Positions 40,525 to 49,680 of a DNA stretch of 64,000 nucleotides are shown here, piece by piece. A model generated the notes under the pieces. That model was not told where the DNA came from. It saw nothing but the letters and a program-made list of their open reading frames with translations, and made no database searches. The position numbers were made by a program, and so were the translations under genes. Origin of the DNA: Bacillota bacterium (GTDB lineage: Bacteria > Bacillota > Clostridia > Tissierellales > MES13); contig VEND01000074.1 in NCBI GenBank assembly GCA_009711765.1, positions 6,835 to 70,834 of the forward strand, in the 5' to 3' direction. Numbering within the stretch: the stretch's first letter is position 1; every line of letters starts with the position of its first letter.

Positions 40525-41850
40525 CTAACTTTTTCTCCTTTTAGAAATTATTTCTCTTTTAGCAACTCTGATTGATTGAAGAAGTGGTCTCTTTGATGGA
40601 CATATAAATGAACATGATCCACATTCAATACAATCAAGGGCATGATAACCTTCAGCCATATCATACATATCCTTTAATGAAAATCTGCTTATAAAAAGTG
40701 GCTGTAAATTTACTGGACAAATGTCTACACATTTACCACATCTAATACAATCTTTTGGTTCTGGGATTTTCGCATCCTTTTCATTTAGTACTAATATACC
40801 TGAAGTACCTTTTATTGCAGGAACTTCATCAGTAAATTGTGCTAATCCCATCATAGGTCCACCCATAACAATTTTTCCAGGTTTTTCACTAAAACCTCCA
40901 CATTGTTCGATAATATCTTTAAAAGGTGTACCAACTTTAATAATTAAATTCTTTGGTTCTTTAATAGCACTACCTGTGATTGTTGCTATTCTTTCAACTA
41001 AAGGTATGCCTGTTTCTATAGCATCAGCTATAGCAGCTGCAGTTCCAACATTATTAACCACTAGACCTACATCCATAGGAAGTCCACCTGAAGGAACTTC
41101 TCTGCCAGTTACAGCATTAATAAGTCTCTTTTCGTCTCCTTGAGGATATTTAGTTACTAATGTCGCTATTTTAATATCAGATTCATTCTTTGTAGCTTTT
41201 TCCATTGCTTCTATAGCATCAGGTTTGTTAGTTTCTATAGCAATATATCCATTACTTATACCTAATACTTTTAATATTGCTTTAAGTCCCTTTATAACTT
41301 TTTCAGGACTTTCAAGCATAAGCCTATGGTCTGCTGTTAAATATGGTTCACATTCAGCACCATTTAAAATTACAGTATCAATCTTTTTATCTGGTGGTGG
41401 AGATAATTTTACATGGGTTGGAAATCCTGCTCCACCTAACCCTGTAATTCCTGCTTCCTTAATAATATTTAATATTTCTTCTTTGCTTAATGATTCCACT
41501 GTACCTTTAGACTTAATACTTTCATGCACTTCATTCTTTCCATCAGATTCAATAACAACTGTCATTGTTTTACCAGTAGGTGCATTCATTTGTGCTACCT
41601 TCTTAACAGTTCCAGACACACTTGAATGAATAGGCGCCGATACAAAAGCGTCTGATTCACCAATTCTTTGTCCTACCTTTACCTTATCACCAACACTAAC
41701 TATTGGTTTACAAGGTGCTCCTATGTGTTGTTGCATAGGTATCTTTACTATTTTTGGTTCTTTAGCTTTTTTAATAGGAACCTCTTCTGTTGACTTTTTA
41801 AAATGTGGTGGATGTACTCCACCCTTAAAAGTGAGATTCTTTAAATCCAT
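40525..41850 (-). CDS. rnfC: Rnf complex subunit C
   Basis: QHIGAP, GLGGAGFPT, NGAECEPYLTADH, GGPMMG, two 4Fe-4S motifs. Confidence 0.98.
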   Translation of the reverse strand: MDLKNLTFKGGVHPPHFKKSTEEVPIKKAKEPKIVKIPMQQHIGAPCKPIVSVGDKVKVGQRIGESDAFVSAPIHSSVSGTVKKVAQMNAPTGKTMTVVIESDGKNEVHESIKSKGTVESLSKEEILNIIKEAGITGLGGAGFPTHVKLSPPPDKKIDTVILNGAECEPYLTADHRLMLESPEKVIKGLKAILKVLGISNGYIAIETNKPDAIEAMEKATKNESDIKIATLVTKYPQGDEKRLINAVTGREVPSGGLPMDVGLVVNNVGTAAAIADAIETGIPLVERIATITGSAIKEPKNLIIKVGTPFKDIIEQCGGFSEKPGKIVMGGPMMGLAQFTDEVPAIKGTSGILVLNEKDAKIPEPKDCIRCGKCVDICPVNLQPLFISRFSLKDMYDMAEGYHALDCIECGSCSFICPSKRPLLQSIRVAKREIISKRRKS

Positions 41851-41945
41851 TTATTTCACCTCTCGTTTATAAATTTAAATACTAAAAAAAGATTTTGTAT
41901 ACAAAATCCTTAATGCAATAAAAAAAATGAAAAAAAGTTTATAGC

Positions 41946-41963
41946 TTGTACAATTTTTCATAG
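41946..41963. promoter_or_regulatory. Candidate Rex operator upstream of rnfC
   Basis: TTGTACAATTTTTCATAG against the Rex consensus TTGTGAA-N4-TTCACAA; rnf is a known Rex target in clostridia. Confidence 0.4.
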
Positions 41964-42166
41964 GGCATTAGTGAAAACCCTTTTCTAAAGTGCATAAATT
42001 ATAACTAAAACTATAAGGCACTTTAATATATTAACATAAAATTAAAATTTGTAAATGTCAAAAACTGGGACTAAAGTTGTCCAACAGCCTTAACTCCTTA
42101 ATTATTATAGCATTTTTTTGTCGAAATGTACAAGCTAATCTCCTTGTAATTTTATTTTTAAAATAT

Positions 42167-42709
42167 TTAAAGATACAACTCCTTTAAATTTTCCTTTATA
42201 TAATCTCTAATCCAAAGTAAAATATCAGCATTATTTATATCTACATCTTCTAACATTTCTTTTACTTTCCTTGTATCTAGTACAAATTCATTAGTATTAA
42301 CTATGTGTCTATACACTATATCAATATCTTTATTATTATTAATTAAAGTGGTAATTGTTTCTTCAATTTTTCCTAAGGGAGCTCTGTCTATATGACTATG
42401 TTTAAAACTAGCTTTTAATTTCGTCCCAACATTCTTTTTAGAATCTATTTTAAAAGTTCCTTCACATCTTTCAGAAGATGCTTTCATAAGTGAAAGACCA
42501 AAACCAACTCCCCTTGTTTTTCTTGTGGTTACAAAGGGATTTGTAACTTTTGATAGAAAATCTTCATCCATCCCTTTACCATCATCTTCAATAATAATTA
42601 TTAGTTTATCTTCTTTTAGTAATTCTTTTATTGTTATTTTTAGAAGTTTTGCTTCTGCATCTATTGAATTTTCAGCTAAATCAAGTATATGAAGTGATAA
42701 TTCTTTCAC
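42167..42709 (-). CDS. Stand-alone HATPase_c (histidine kinase-like ATPase) protein
   Basis: LHILDLAENS, DDGKGM, PFVTTR.TR.VGFGLSL, HIDRAPLG; no DHp/H-box domain. Confidence 0.88.
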   Translation of the reverse strand: MKELSLHILDLAENSIDAEAKLLKITIKELLKEDKLIIIIEDDGKGMDEDFLSKVTNPFVTTRKTRGVGFGLSLMKASSERCEGTFKIDSKKNVGTKLKASFKHSHIDRAPLGKIEETITTLINNNKDIDIVYRHIVNTNEFVLDTRKVKEMLEDVDINNADILLWIRDYIKENLKELYL

Positions 42710-42710
42710 T

Positions 42711-43430
42711 TTACATCCCCCATTTTTTTCTTAGTATGTGAAAAATAGATTCTATATTCCGATTACCTGGATATAGATAATTTTCTTCCTCGTTTATATC
42801 CTTTAAATAATGGGCATCAGAATTTTTTATTATATTGTATTTTCTCTTATCTATAAATTTCTCTAAAATATCAAAATCACAATTTTTAGAAATTTCTATA
42901 GTTTTAACACCTAAATTATCAGGAATAAAACCTAATACTCCTAATAAACTATATGCCTTTTTATCCACATGGGCAGGTATTAACAACCCATTATTATCTA
43001 ATACTATCTTCTTTATTTCATCTAATTTATATTTACTACTATTTAGAAGTAGTTTGTCCACTTTCCTTACAATTTCATCTTTAGAGTTTAATACTAATTG
43101 CTCACCAAATACTTTTTCATTATTTTTTATATCAGGTAAACTTTTATATACTTTATTTTCAAATTTGTAAAGATCTTTTATAGTTTTAAAATAGCAAAGT
43201 ACGTGCACTTCTTCCTTAGTTGTAACTTCGATTCCAGGTATTACTAAAATATCTTTCTCCCTAGCTAATTCAATTACAGGTTCTACATTTAGAGCTTTGT
43301 TATGATCTGTGACTGCTATTATATCTAACCCTTTTAAAAATGCCATATTAACAATATTATTTGGTGTCATTTCATTATCTCCACAGGGTGATAAAGCTGA
43401 ATGTATATGCATATCAAAGCTTAATTTCAT
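42711..43430 (-). CDS. PHP-domain phosphoesterase
   Basis: DMHIHSALSPC, AVTDHN, PGIE...EEVH, PAHVD, NSDAH. Confidence 0.92.
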   Translation of the reverse strand: MKLSFDMHIHSALSPCGDNEMTPNNIVNMAFLKGLDIIAVTDHNKALNVEPVIELAREKDILVIPGIEVTTKEEVHVLCYFKTIKDLYKFENKVYKSLPDIKNNEKVFGEQLVLNSKDEIVRKVDKLLLNSSKYKLDEIKKIVLDNNGLLIPAHVDKKAYSLLGVLGFIPDNLGVKTIEISKNCDFDILEKFIDKRKYNIIKNSDAHYLKDINEEENYLYPGNRNIESIFHILRKKWGM

Positions 43431-43431
43431 A

Positions 43432-43764
43432 TTATACTCCTAATTTTGCTAGTTTTGAAGCTAATTCATATGCGCTTAATTTTGTTTTTAATAACGGAAC
43501 TTTTACAGAGTCAGCCTTTTTTATAGTATCCTCATCTATCTCCATATTCTCAACTATGATTATTGCAGATACATCAACTAATGTTGCTACTGCAATAACA
43601 TTTAAGTGTGTTTGAATAGTTAACCATAAATTACCACTCTCGGCCTTTGACATTACTAAACTTAGCAAATCTCCTATATAAGCCCCGTTAACTTCCTTTT
43701 TCTCATTATTATAACCTGCTATAACTTCTAAATCTAACTCATCAACTAATTTAGATAATTCCAT
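43432..43764 (-). CDS. DRTGG / HPr-kinase N-terminal-like domain protein
   Basis: GAYIGDLLSLVMS, WLTIQTHLNVIAVA; start 43764 after GGGGG. Confidence 0.85.
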   Translation of the reverse strand: MELSKLVDELDLEVIAGYNNEKKEVNGAYIGDLLSLVMSKAESGNLWLTIQTHLNVIAVATLVDVSAIIIVENMEIDEDTIKKADSVKVPLLKTKLSAYELASKLAKLGV

Positions 43765-43777
43765 AATTATACCCCCA

Positions 43778-45031
43778 TTATTTTTCATCATTTAAACGAA
43801 ATATGCAATTTTCTATTTTAGCAAATCCATTTACAATATCTTCTGCTAGTGCATAACAGTTAGGTGCTCCACAAGAACCACAATCAAGACCTGGAAGCTT
43901 CTTATTTATTTTTTTAATTTCCTCAACCATATTCATTGCTTTCTTTATATCAGAATCAAGCTTCATTACGCTCTTAGGTTCTATCTTTTTTGTCAGAGTT
44001 AATACTCCTTTTTTATACATATCCATGGCTATATCTTTATCTTTAAGTTCTAAAGCTTTGTCACCTTCAGAAAGCTTTCTTACCCTACTTTTTGCAATAA
44101 ATGGGTTTTCTACATTCAATGGTCCTCCGACACAGCCACCGAAGCATGCTAATCCTTCGAAATAATCTATATTATCAAGTTTTCCTAATTCTATTTCTTC
44201 TAATACTTTAATTACATTTTCTATTCCATCAACAGCAACATAATTATTTAGTCCTAAAGCATGACTCTGTCCGCCTACTCTAGCCCATCCTCTACCTAAG
44301 GGAGAGCCCATTTCAAACTCTTCTTCTGTTGTTATTGTCTTTTCATTTCTTACTATATCACCATATACTTTTTTTATTGATATTACTCCATCTACATAAG
44401 AATGTTTAAGTCCTACTGGTCTTACTGTACTTGTAACCTTAGCTGGACAAGGGGTTAAATAAAAAACTCCAACTTCTTTAGGGGATAGATTATATTCTTT
44501 TATTACTTTTTCTTTAGCTAACCTTGCAGCAACCTCCATGGGTGATTCAACTTTTATAATATTATCTAAAAGTGAAGGGAAGTTAAGTTGTATAAGTCTC
44601 ACTACTGCTGGACATAAAGAAGAAATAATCGGTTTAGGTAAATCGTTTTCTTTGATCTTTTCTTTAATAATATAGGTTACTATATCAGCTGCTATCCCCT
44701 CGTCATATATATAATCAAATCCTAATTTTTTTATCCCTTGAAAAATTCTATTCATATTAGTACTTTGAGTAAATTGTCCATGCATAGTTACAGATGGTAT
44801 AGCTATATTAAACTTAAAATGATTTAATTTGTCTAAATCGTCTGTTAGTACGTTTTGTGCATGATATGGACAGACCTTTATACATTCACCACAGTCTATG
44901 CAACGCTCTTCTATTATCATAGCTTTTTTATCCCTAATTCTAATAGCTTCTGTAGGGCATCTTCTCATACAGTTTGTACATCCGTTACAATTATTTTTAT
45001 CTAAAACTACAGAGTGGAAATATTTGTCCAT
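43778..45031 (-). CDS. Putative sensory [FeFe]-hydrogenase-like Fe-S protein (group C/D type)
   Basis: Two N-terminal 4Fe-4S motifs; H-cluster-like L1 SSLCPAV, L2 TPCPAK, L3 EGLACFGGCVGG; C-terminal LPGLDCGSCGAPNC...C. Confidence 0.85.
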   Translation of the reverse strand: MDKYFHSVVLDKNNCNGCTNCMRRCPTEAIRIRDKKAMIIEERCIDCGECIKVCPYHAQNVLTDDLDKLNHFKFNIAIPSVTMHGQFTQSTNMNRIFQGIKKLGFDYIYDEGIAADIVTYIIKEKIKENDLPKPIISSLCPAVVRLIQLNFPSLLDNIIKVESPMEVAARLAKEKVIKEYNLSPKEVGVFYLTPCPAKVTSTVRPVGLKHSYVDGVISIKKVYGDIVRNEKTITTEEEFEMGSPLGRGWARVGGQSHALGLNNYVAVDGIENVIKVLEEIELGKLDNIDYFEGLACFGGCVGGPLNVENPFIAKSRVRKLSEGDKALELKDKDIAMDMYKKGVLTLTKKIEPKSVMKLDSDIKKAMNMVEEIKKINKKLPGLDCGSCGAPNCYALAEDIVNGFAKIENCIFRLNDEK

Positions 45032-45054
45032 AATTATTTCACCTACTTCCTAAT

Positions 45055-45498
45055 TTATGTGTTTTTATTTAAGAATATTTTTATAAAGACTTTTGTGCCC
45101 TTACCTTCTTCAGACTTTAATTCAAATACATCCGCACACCTTTTAATATTAGGTAGTCCCATTCCTGCTCCAAATCCCAATTCTCTTATTCTTTCTGTTG
45201 CAGTTGAATAACCTTCCTTCATAGCTAAATTAACATCTTTAATACCAGGGCCATTATCTTTAACTACAATTTGTACTTCCTTAGGAGTTATTTCAACGTT
45301 GATTTTTCCTCCATAAGAATGTATAGCAATATTCATTTCAGCTTCATAGGTTGCTATAGAAACTTTTCTTATCACCTTAGAAGCTACTCCTAACTGTTTT
45401 AATATCTTTTTAATATTACTTGAAGCTTCTCCTGCCCTTGTAAAATCATTAGAATCTACATCATAATTTAACTTCATTGAATTGCTATCTTTAGTCAT
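45055..45498 (-). CDS. RsbT-like anti-sigma Ser/Thr kinase
   Basis: IATYEAEMN, DNGPGI, EGYSTA, GFGAGMGLPN. Confidence 0.9.
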   Translation of the reverse strand: MTKDSNSMKLNYDVDSNDFTRAGEASSNIKKILKQLGVASKVIRKVSIATYEAEMNIAIHSYGGKINVEITPKEVQIVVKDNGPGIKDVNLAMKEGYSTATERIRELGFGAGMGLPNIKRCADVFELKSEEGKGTKVFIKIFLNKNT

Positions 45499-45859
45499 TA
45501 ATTTTCGCTCCTTCTATTTTTACACCTCTTAAACCATTTTCATATAATAAACCAGAGGCAGTAAATAGAATATGATCTGTCTTTAATATTGTACATTTAT
45601 TATTTCTTGCAAGCTTTAATATATCTTCACCTGGCTTTTTTCCTCTGACAAAAATAATTGCAAACAAATCTATCATTTCTGCTGTTCTTATAACTTGAGG
45701 GTTTGTTAACCCAGTAAGCAATATAGTACCATCATCTACAAATGCTAATACATCACTCATTAAATCAGACCCAAAGGCAGAATGTACTTCCCTATCTAAA
45801 TACTCTCCCCCTGTTAAGACTTCTGCATTTAAAATTTCTTTTATCTCTTTAAGTTTCAT
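45491..45859 (-). CDS. DRTGG domain protein
   Basis: GSDLMSDVL, LLTGLTNPQVIRTAEM, FVRGK.P. Confidence 0.88.
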   Translation of the reverse strand: MKLKEIKEILNAEVLTGGEYLDREVHSAFGSDLMSDVLAFVDDGTILLTGLTNPQVIRTAEMIDLFAIIFVRGKKPGEDILKLARNNKCTILKTDHILFTASGLLYENGLRGVKIEGAKIND

Positions 45860-45873
45860 ATTTACCTCCTTTA

Positions 45874-46725
45874 TTAACCCTTCTTTATCGTCTTTAGATA
45901 TTCCAGTAACATTTTATTATACTCCATATACACTTCAATATCAATAGGTTTTTGTATATTGGATAATATTGTATTTCTTTTATCCAAATTATCTTTAAAT
46001 CCTTCCATTAAAGTGATAATATCCTTTGTTTTAAATTTATTATCTAACTTGTTGATTTTTTTCTCTATTTCACTATTATTCTTTATAATTTCATTTTTTA
46101 ATGGTTCTACATCTTTTTGTGTTAAAGCTTTTATCCATAGTTCAGTTTCTTTATCATATGAATTTTTAAAAGTTTCTAAAAGCATTTTTAATTCTTCTAT
46201 AGTTTTGTTATCTTCCCTTTGATATTCTATTTTATTTCCTAATATACAATTTTCATTTACAAAAGCATCCTCAAAGGATATATCTATACTATCTATAAAC
46301 GTATCTGCCTTTTTCCTATCTAGGAAACTTCCTATAAATAATTTGTAATTTTCCATTTTTAATATATAGCCATTAAATCCACTTTGCTTTACTTTGTTTA
46401 AAAAGTTCTTTGCATTTTCTAATTCACTAAAACTTCCTACTTGTATATTATATATATTAATATCTTTAATTTTTAACTCTTTTTTAACATTGTTTTCTTC
46501 TTTTTTCCCCACTGTATTATCAGTAATTGTCTCTTTACCTAACTCTTCTTTAATTTCACCTATATTTTTATTAACATCACTATTAAATCTTGGTAATATT
46601 ACATAATTAACTAGCCCGATACCAAAAATTATACCTATAGCAGGGGCTATTACGAAAAATGTTAAAAATTTAATAAGCTTGTCCCTTTTTTTATAACCTT
46701 CTCTATTTCTTCTAGACCCTCTCAT
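45874..46725 (-). CDS. Membrane-anchored SPOR-domain protein
   Basis: Single TM, YNIQVGSFS..ENA, coiled-coil C-terminus. Confidence 0.78.
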   Translation of the reverse strand: MRGSRRNREGYKKRDKLIKFLTFFVIAPAIGIIFGIGLVNYVILPRFNSDVNKNIGEIKEELGKETITDNTVGKKEENNVKKELKIKDINIYNIQVGSFSELENAKNFLNKVKQSGFNGYILKMENYKLFIGSFLDRKKADTFIDSIDISFEDAFVNENCILGNKIEYQREDNKTIEELKMLLETFKNSYDKETELWIKALTQKDVEPLKNEIIKNNSEIEKKINKLDNKFKTKDIITLMEGFKDNLDKRNTILSNIQKPIDIEVYMEYNKMLLEYLKTIKKG

Positions 46726-46739
46726 ATCGTCCCCCCTAT

Positions 46740-47801
46740 TTACATAAAACCATCCATATCCATTCTAAGCTGTACAGGATCATTTGGATATACTATATTA
46801 GATACAGTTAGCCCTAGTAATCTTACTTTCTTATTTATATTAAACTTATTATTTAATATAAAATGTGCTTTGCTTTTTATTATTTCTAAACTGTCAGTTG
46901 GTGATTTTAGTGTTAGACTTCTTGTTTCTATATTAAAGTCCTCATACTTTATTTTTATGGTAATAGTTTTAATTTTATATCTGTTTTCCTTAATTTTTTT
47001 AAAAACATCTAAAGAATATTTATTAAGTGTGTAGTTTAATACTTCTCTATCTAAAGTATCATGGGAAAAAGTATTTTCTTCTCCTATAGATTGAGATTTT
47101 GATTTCCACTCAATAGGCCTATTATCTTTTCCATTGGCAAATTCTATTAATTCTAGCCCTCTTTTCCCAAATTTCTCAACTAATATATCGCTATCATACC
47201 TTTGGATATCTTCAATCTTATATAAACCTAATCTATTAAGTTCTTTTTCTGTTTTAGGCCCTACTCCCCAAAGTTTTCTTATGGGTAATTTTTTTAAAAT
47301 ATCTTTAGCATTTTTTTTACTTATTACTGTAAAACCATTTGGCTTATCCATATCTGATGCAAGTTTTGCAAGAAATTTATTATAAGATATTCCTATCGAT
47401 GCAGTTAGATCTAATTCATTTTTTATTGATTTTTTAATTAATTTTCCTATTTCTAAAGCTTCTTTCCCTGTTACATCTATAAAAGCCTCGTCAATAGAAA
47501 TTGGTTCAATTTTTTTGCTATATCTTTTGAAAATACTTTTAATATGATTTGATACTTGTTTGTATTTATGTTTATTTGTAGATACAAATATTAATTTAGG
47601 GCACAATCTTTTTGCTCTTTTACTAGACATGGCTGATTTAACTCCGTACCTTCTTGCTTCATAAGATGCTGCACAAACTACTCCTCTACTGTTAGGTTTA
47701 CCTCCTACTGCTACAGGTTTATTTTTTAATTTTGGATTATCTCTTTGTTCTATAGAAGCAAAAAATGCATCCATATCTACATGTATTATTGATCTATCCA
47801 T
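46740..47801 (-). CDS. dinB: DNA polymerase IV
   Basis: HVDMDAFFASIE, ASYEAR.YGV.SAM, SIDEAF, NKFLAKLAS..KP.G. Confidence 0.97.
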   Translation of the reverse strand: MDRSIIHVDMDAFFASIEQRDNPKLKNKPVAVGGKPNSRGVVCAASYEARRYGVKSAMSSKRAKRLCPKLIFVSTNKHKYKQVSNHIKSIFKRYSKKIEPISIDEAFIDVTGKEALEIGKLIKKSIKNELDLTASIGISYNKFLAKLASDMDKPNGFTVISKKNAKDILKKLPIRKLWGVGPKTEKELNRLGLYKIEDIQRYDSDILVEKFGKRGLELIEFANGKDNRPIEWKSKSQSIGEENTFSHDTLDREVLNYTLNKYSLDVFKKIKENRYKIKTITIKIKYEDFNIETRSLTLKSPTDSLEIIKSKAHFILNNKFNINKKVRLLGLTVSNIVYPNDPVQLRMDMDGFM

Positions 47802-47861
47802 AAAAACACTTCCATTTCTATCATATCCATATAATAAATTTTATCATTTTTTAAAGCTTAG

Positions 47862-47888
47862 AAAAAGAGCTAATTAAATAGCTCTTTT
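47862..47888 (-). terminator. Terminator after the diguanylate cyclase gene
   Basis: aaaagagcta-attaaa-tagctctttt. Confidence 0.7.
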
Positions 47889-49596
47889 AACCTGCATATG
47901 TACTTATTTTATTTCTTCCTTTTTGTTTTGAACCTGTATACATCGCCCTATCAGCATATGCTAATAAACTAGATCCTGAATCAGCATTATAAGGAAACTC
48001 TGATACACCACCACTTATTGTTAATTTTACCTTTTCTCCCTTTAAACTATAAAAGCTATGACTTTCTATTATCTCTCTTATTCTATCAGCAATTACATAA
48101 GCACTTTCTTGCTTGGTATTTGGAAGTAATATTGTAAATTCTTCTCCTCCATATCTAGAAACTAAGTCTTGTTTTCGAACATTTTCTTTAATTACCTTAG
48201 CTACCTCTTGTAAAATTTTATCACCGGTTTGATGACCATAGGTATCATTTACAGATTTGAAAAAATCTATATCAAATATTATTAAACTTGTACTATTACA
48301 ATTTATACATGTTTTTCTATTACAGTTACCACAACTATCATTTAAAGCTTCTAAAGCATCATAAAAATATCTTTGATTATAAAGTCCGGTTAAAGCATCC
48401 TTAATCGCCTTTGTTTTTGCTTCTTTATAAAGTCTTGCATTTTCCATTGCAATAACTGCTTGACTTGCCAGTGTATCTATTATATCTAATCTTTCCTCTG
48501 TAAAATGTTTTTGATTTTTACTACATATTAATAAGCATCCTATCATATCATTTTTAAGCATCAATGGTTCATAAAGTATTGACCTTACATCCTTAGAAAT
48601 ATTATCAAAATCATTAAATAACTCACTTTTATTTAAATTTTCAATAACAAAGCTATCTTTTAACTCTTTTACTTTTCTTATTTTATTAGTCATATATTTA
48701 TCTACCTCTTCATTTTTTATATCAATTTCATCAGACTTTTTAAATCCTAATGTTTCTATCTTTGAAGTAACGTTATTAATTTGAAGTATAGAGCAATAAT
48801 CACATTTAGCTAATTCATTTACTCCCTTTAATATACTAGAAGTTGTTTCTTTTAAGTCTAATCTTGAACTTATTGATAGTGATATATTTTGCACAACTTT
48901 TAGTTCCCTGTTTATGAATGTAAGATTTCTTATTAACCTAAATAAGAAATTTGCTGAAATTATTAAAGTTAAATAAATAATAATTCCACCATAACTATAC
49001 TTATTATACGATAAAGTCAGTAAAATTGATAATGGTATCACTATGAAATTTGTATAAAAATCCCATATGAAGGTTTCCTTTATTTCCTCAGGTAATTTAC
49101 CCTCTTGTGATTTAAGTTGTATAAATAAAAATAACCAATTTAAAGAAAATACACAAATCCCAAAAGCAATGTATTTAAAAATACTAAAAATTCCTTCAGC
49201 ATTTATTAAAAATCCAGTATATTTAAAAGCATAATGGGTAACTGCATAAATTATTATAAACATACTTGAATATAATATAATTTTCCTTTTAGGTATTGAA
49301 TGAAAAATCAATCCTGACAATATAAAAAGAATAGTTATTAACCATAAAGTAGGCTTAAGTCCTAACATAAAATAAGCACCAAGCATAATAGCAGAATCTA
49401 AAGTTACAGTAAATTCTGAAATTCTAATGTGTATTTTTTCTGTAACTAACCCTGAAACAATCAATAATAAAAACAATACAATATTCATATCCTTATATTC
49501 ATTAGTAAAAATATTAACATATAAAAAAGCTAATATTCCAAGAGAGCCTACTATTAAATAAAGAATATTCTCACTTTTTCGAGACATATACTTCAA
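47887..49596 (-). CDS. Multi-TM + GAF + GGDEF diguanylate cyclase
   Basis: About 7 TM helices, GAF ending ENARLY, DALTGLYN, DIDFFK.VND.YGH..GD, RKQD I-site, RYGGEEF. Confidence 0.94.
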   Translation of the reverse strand: MKYMSRKSENILYLIVGSLGILAFLYVNIFTNEYKDMNIVLFLLLIVSGLVTEKIHIRISEFTVTLDSAIMLGAYFMLGLKPTLWLITILFILSGLIFHSIPKRKIILYSSMFIIIYAVTHYAFKYTGFLINAEGIFSIFKYIAFGICVFSLNWLFLFIQLKSQEGKLPEEIKETFIWDFYTNFIVIPLSILLTLSYNKYSYGGIIIYLTLIISANFLFRLIRNLTFINRELKVVQNISLSISSRLDLKETTSSILKGVNELAKCDYCSILQINNVTSKIETLGFKKSDEIDIKNEEVDKYMTNKIRKVKELKDSFVIENLNKSELFNDFDNISKDVRSILYEPLMLKNDMIGCLLICSKNQKHFTEERLDIIDTLASQAVIAMENARLYKEAKTKAIKDALTGLYNQRYFYDALEALNDSCGNCNRKTCINCNSTSLIIFDIDFFKSVNDTYGHQTGDKILQEVAKVIKENVRKQDLVSRYGGEEFTILLPNTKQESAYVIADRIREIIESHSFYSLKGEKVKLTISGGVSEFPYNADSGSSLLAYADRAMYTGSKQKGRNKISTYAG

Positions 49597-49626
49597 CCCC
49601 TTAATGAATAAATCTATAATATAATA

Positions 49627-49653
49627 ATTCTATAGTAAAATAAAATTTCCTTC
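49627..49653 (-). promoter_or_regulatory. Sigma-H-type promoter
   Basis: GAAGGAAAT-11 nt-ATAGAAT. Confidence 0.62.
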
Positions 49654-49680
49654 TTTTTCCTGAAAAAATATTACAAAATA

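Noticed and set aside
47802..47886. LexA box for dinB
   Set aside because: No GAAC-N4-GTTC match found.
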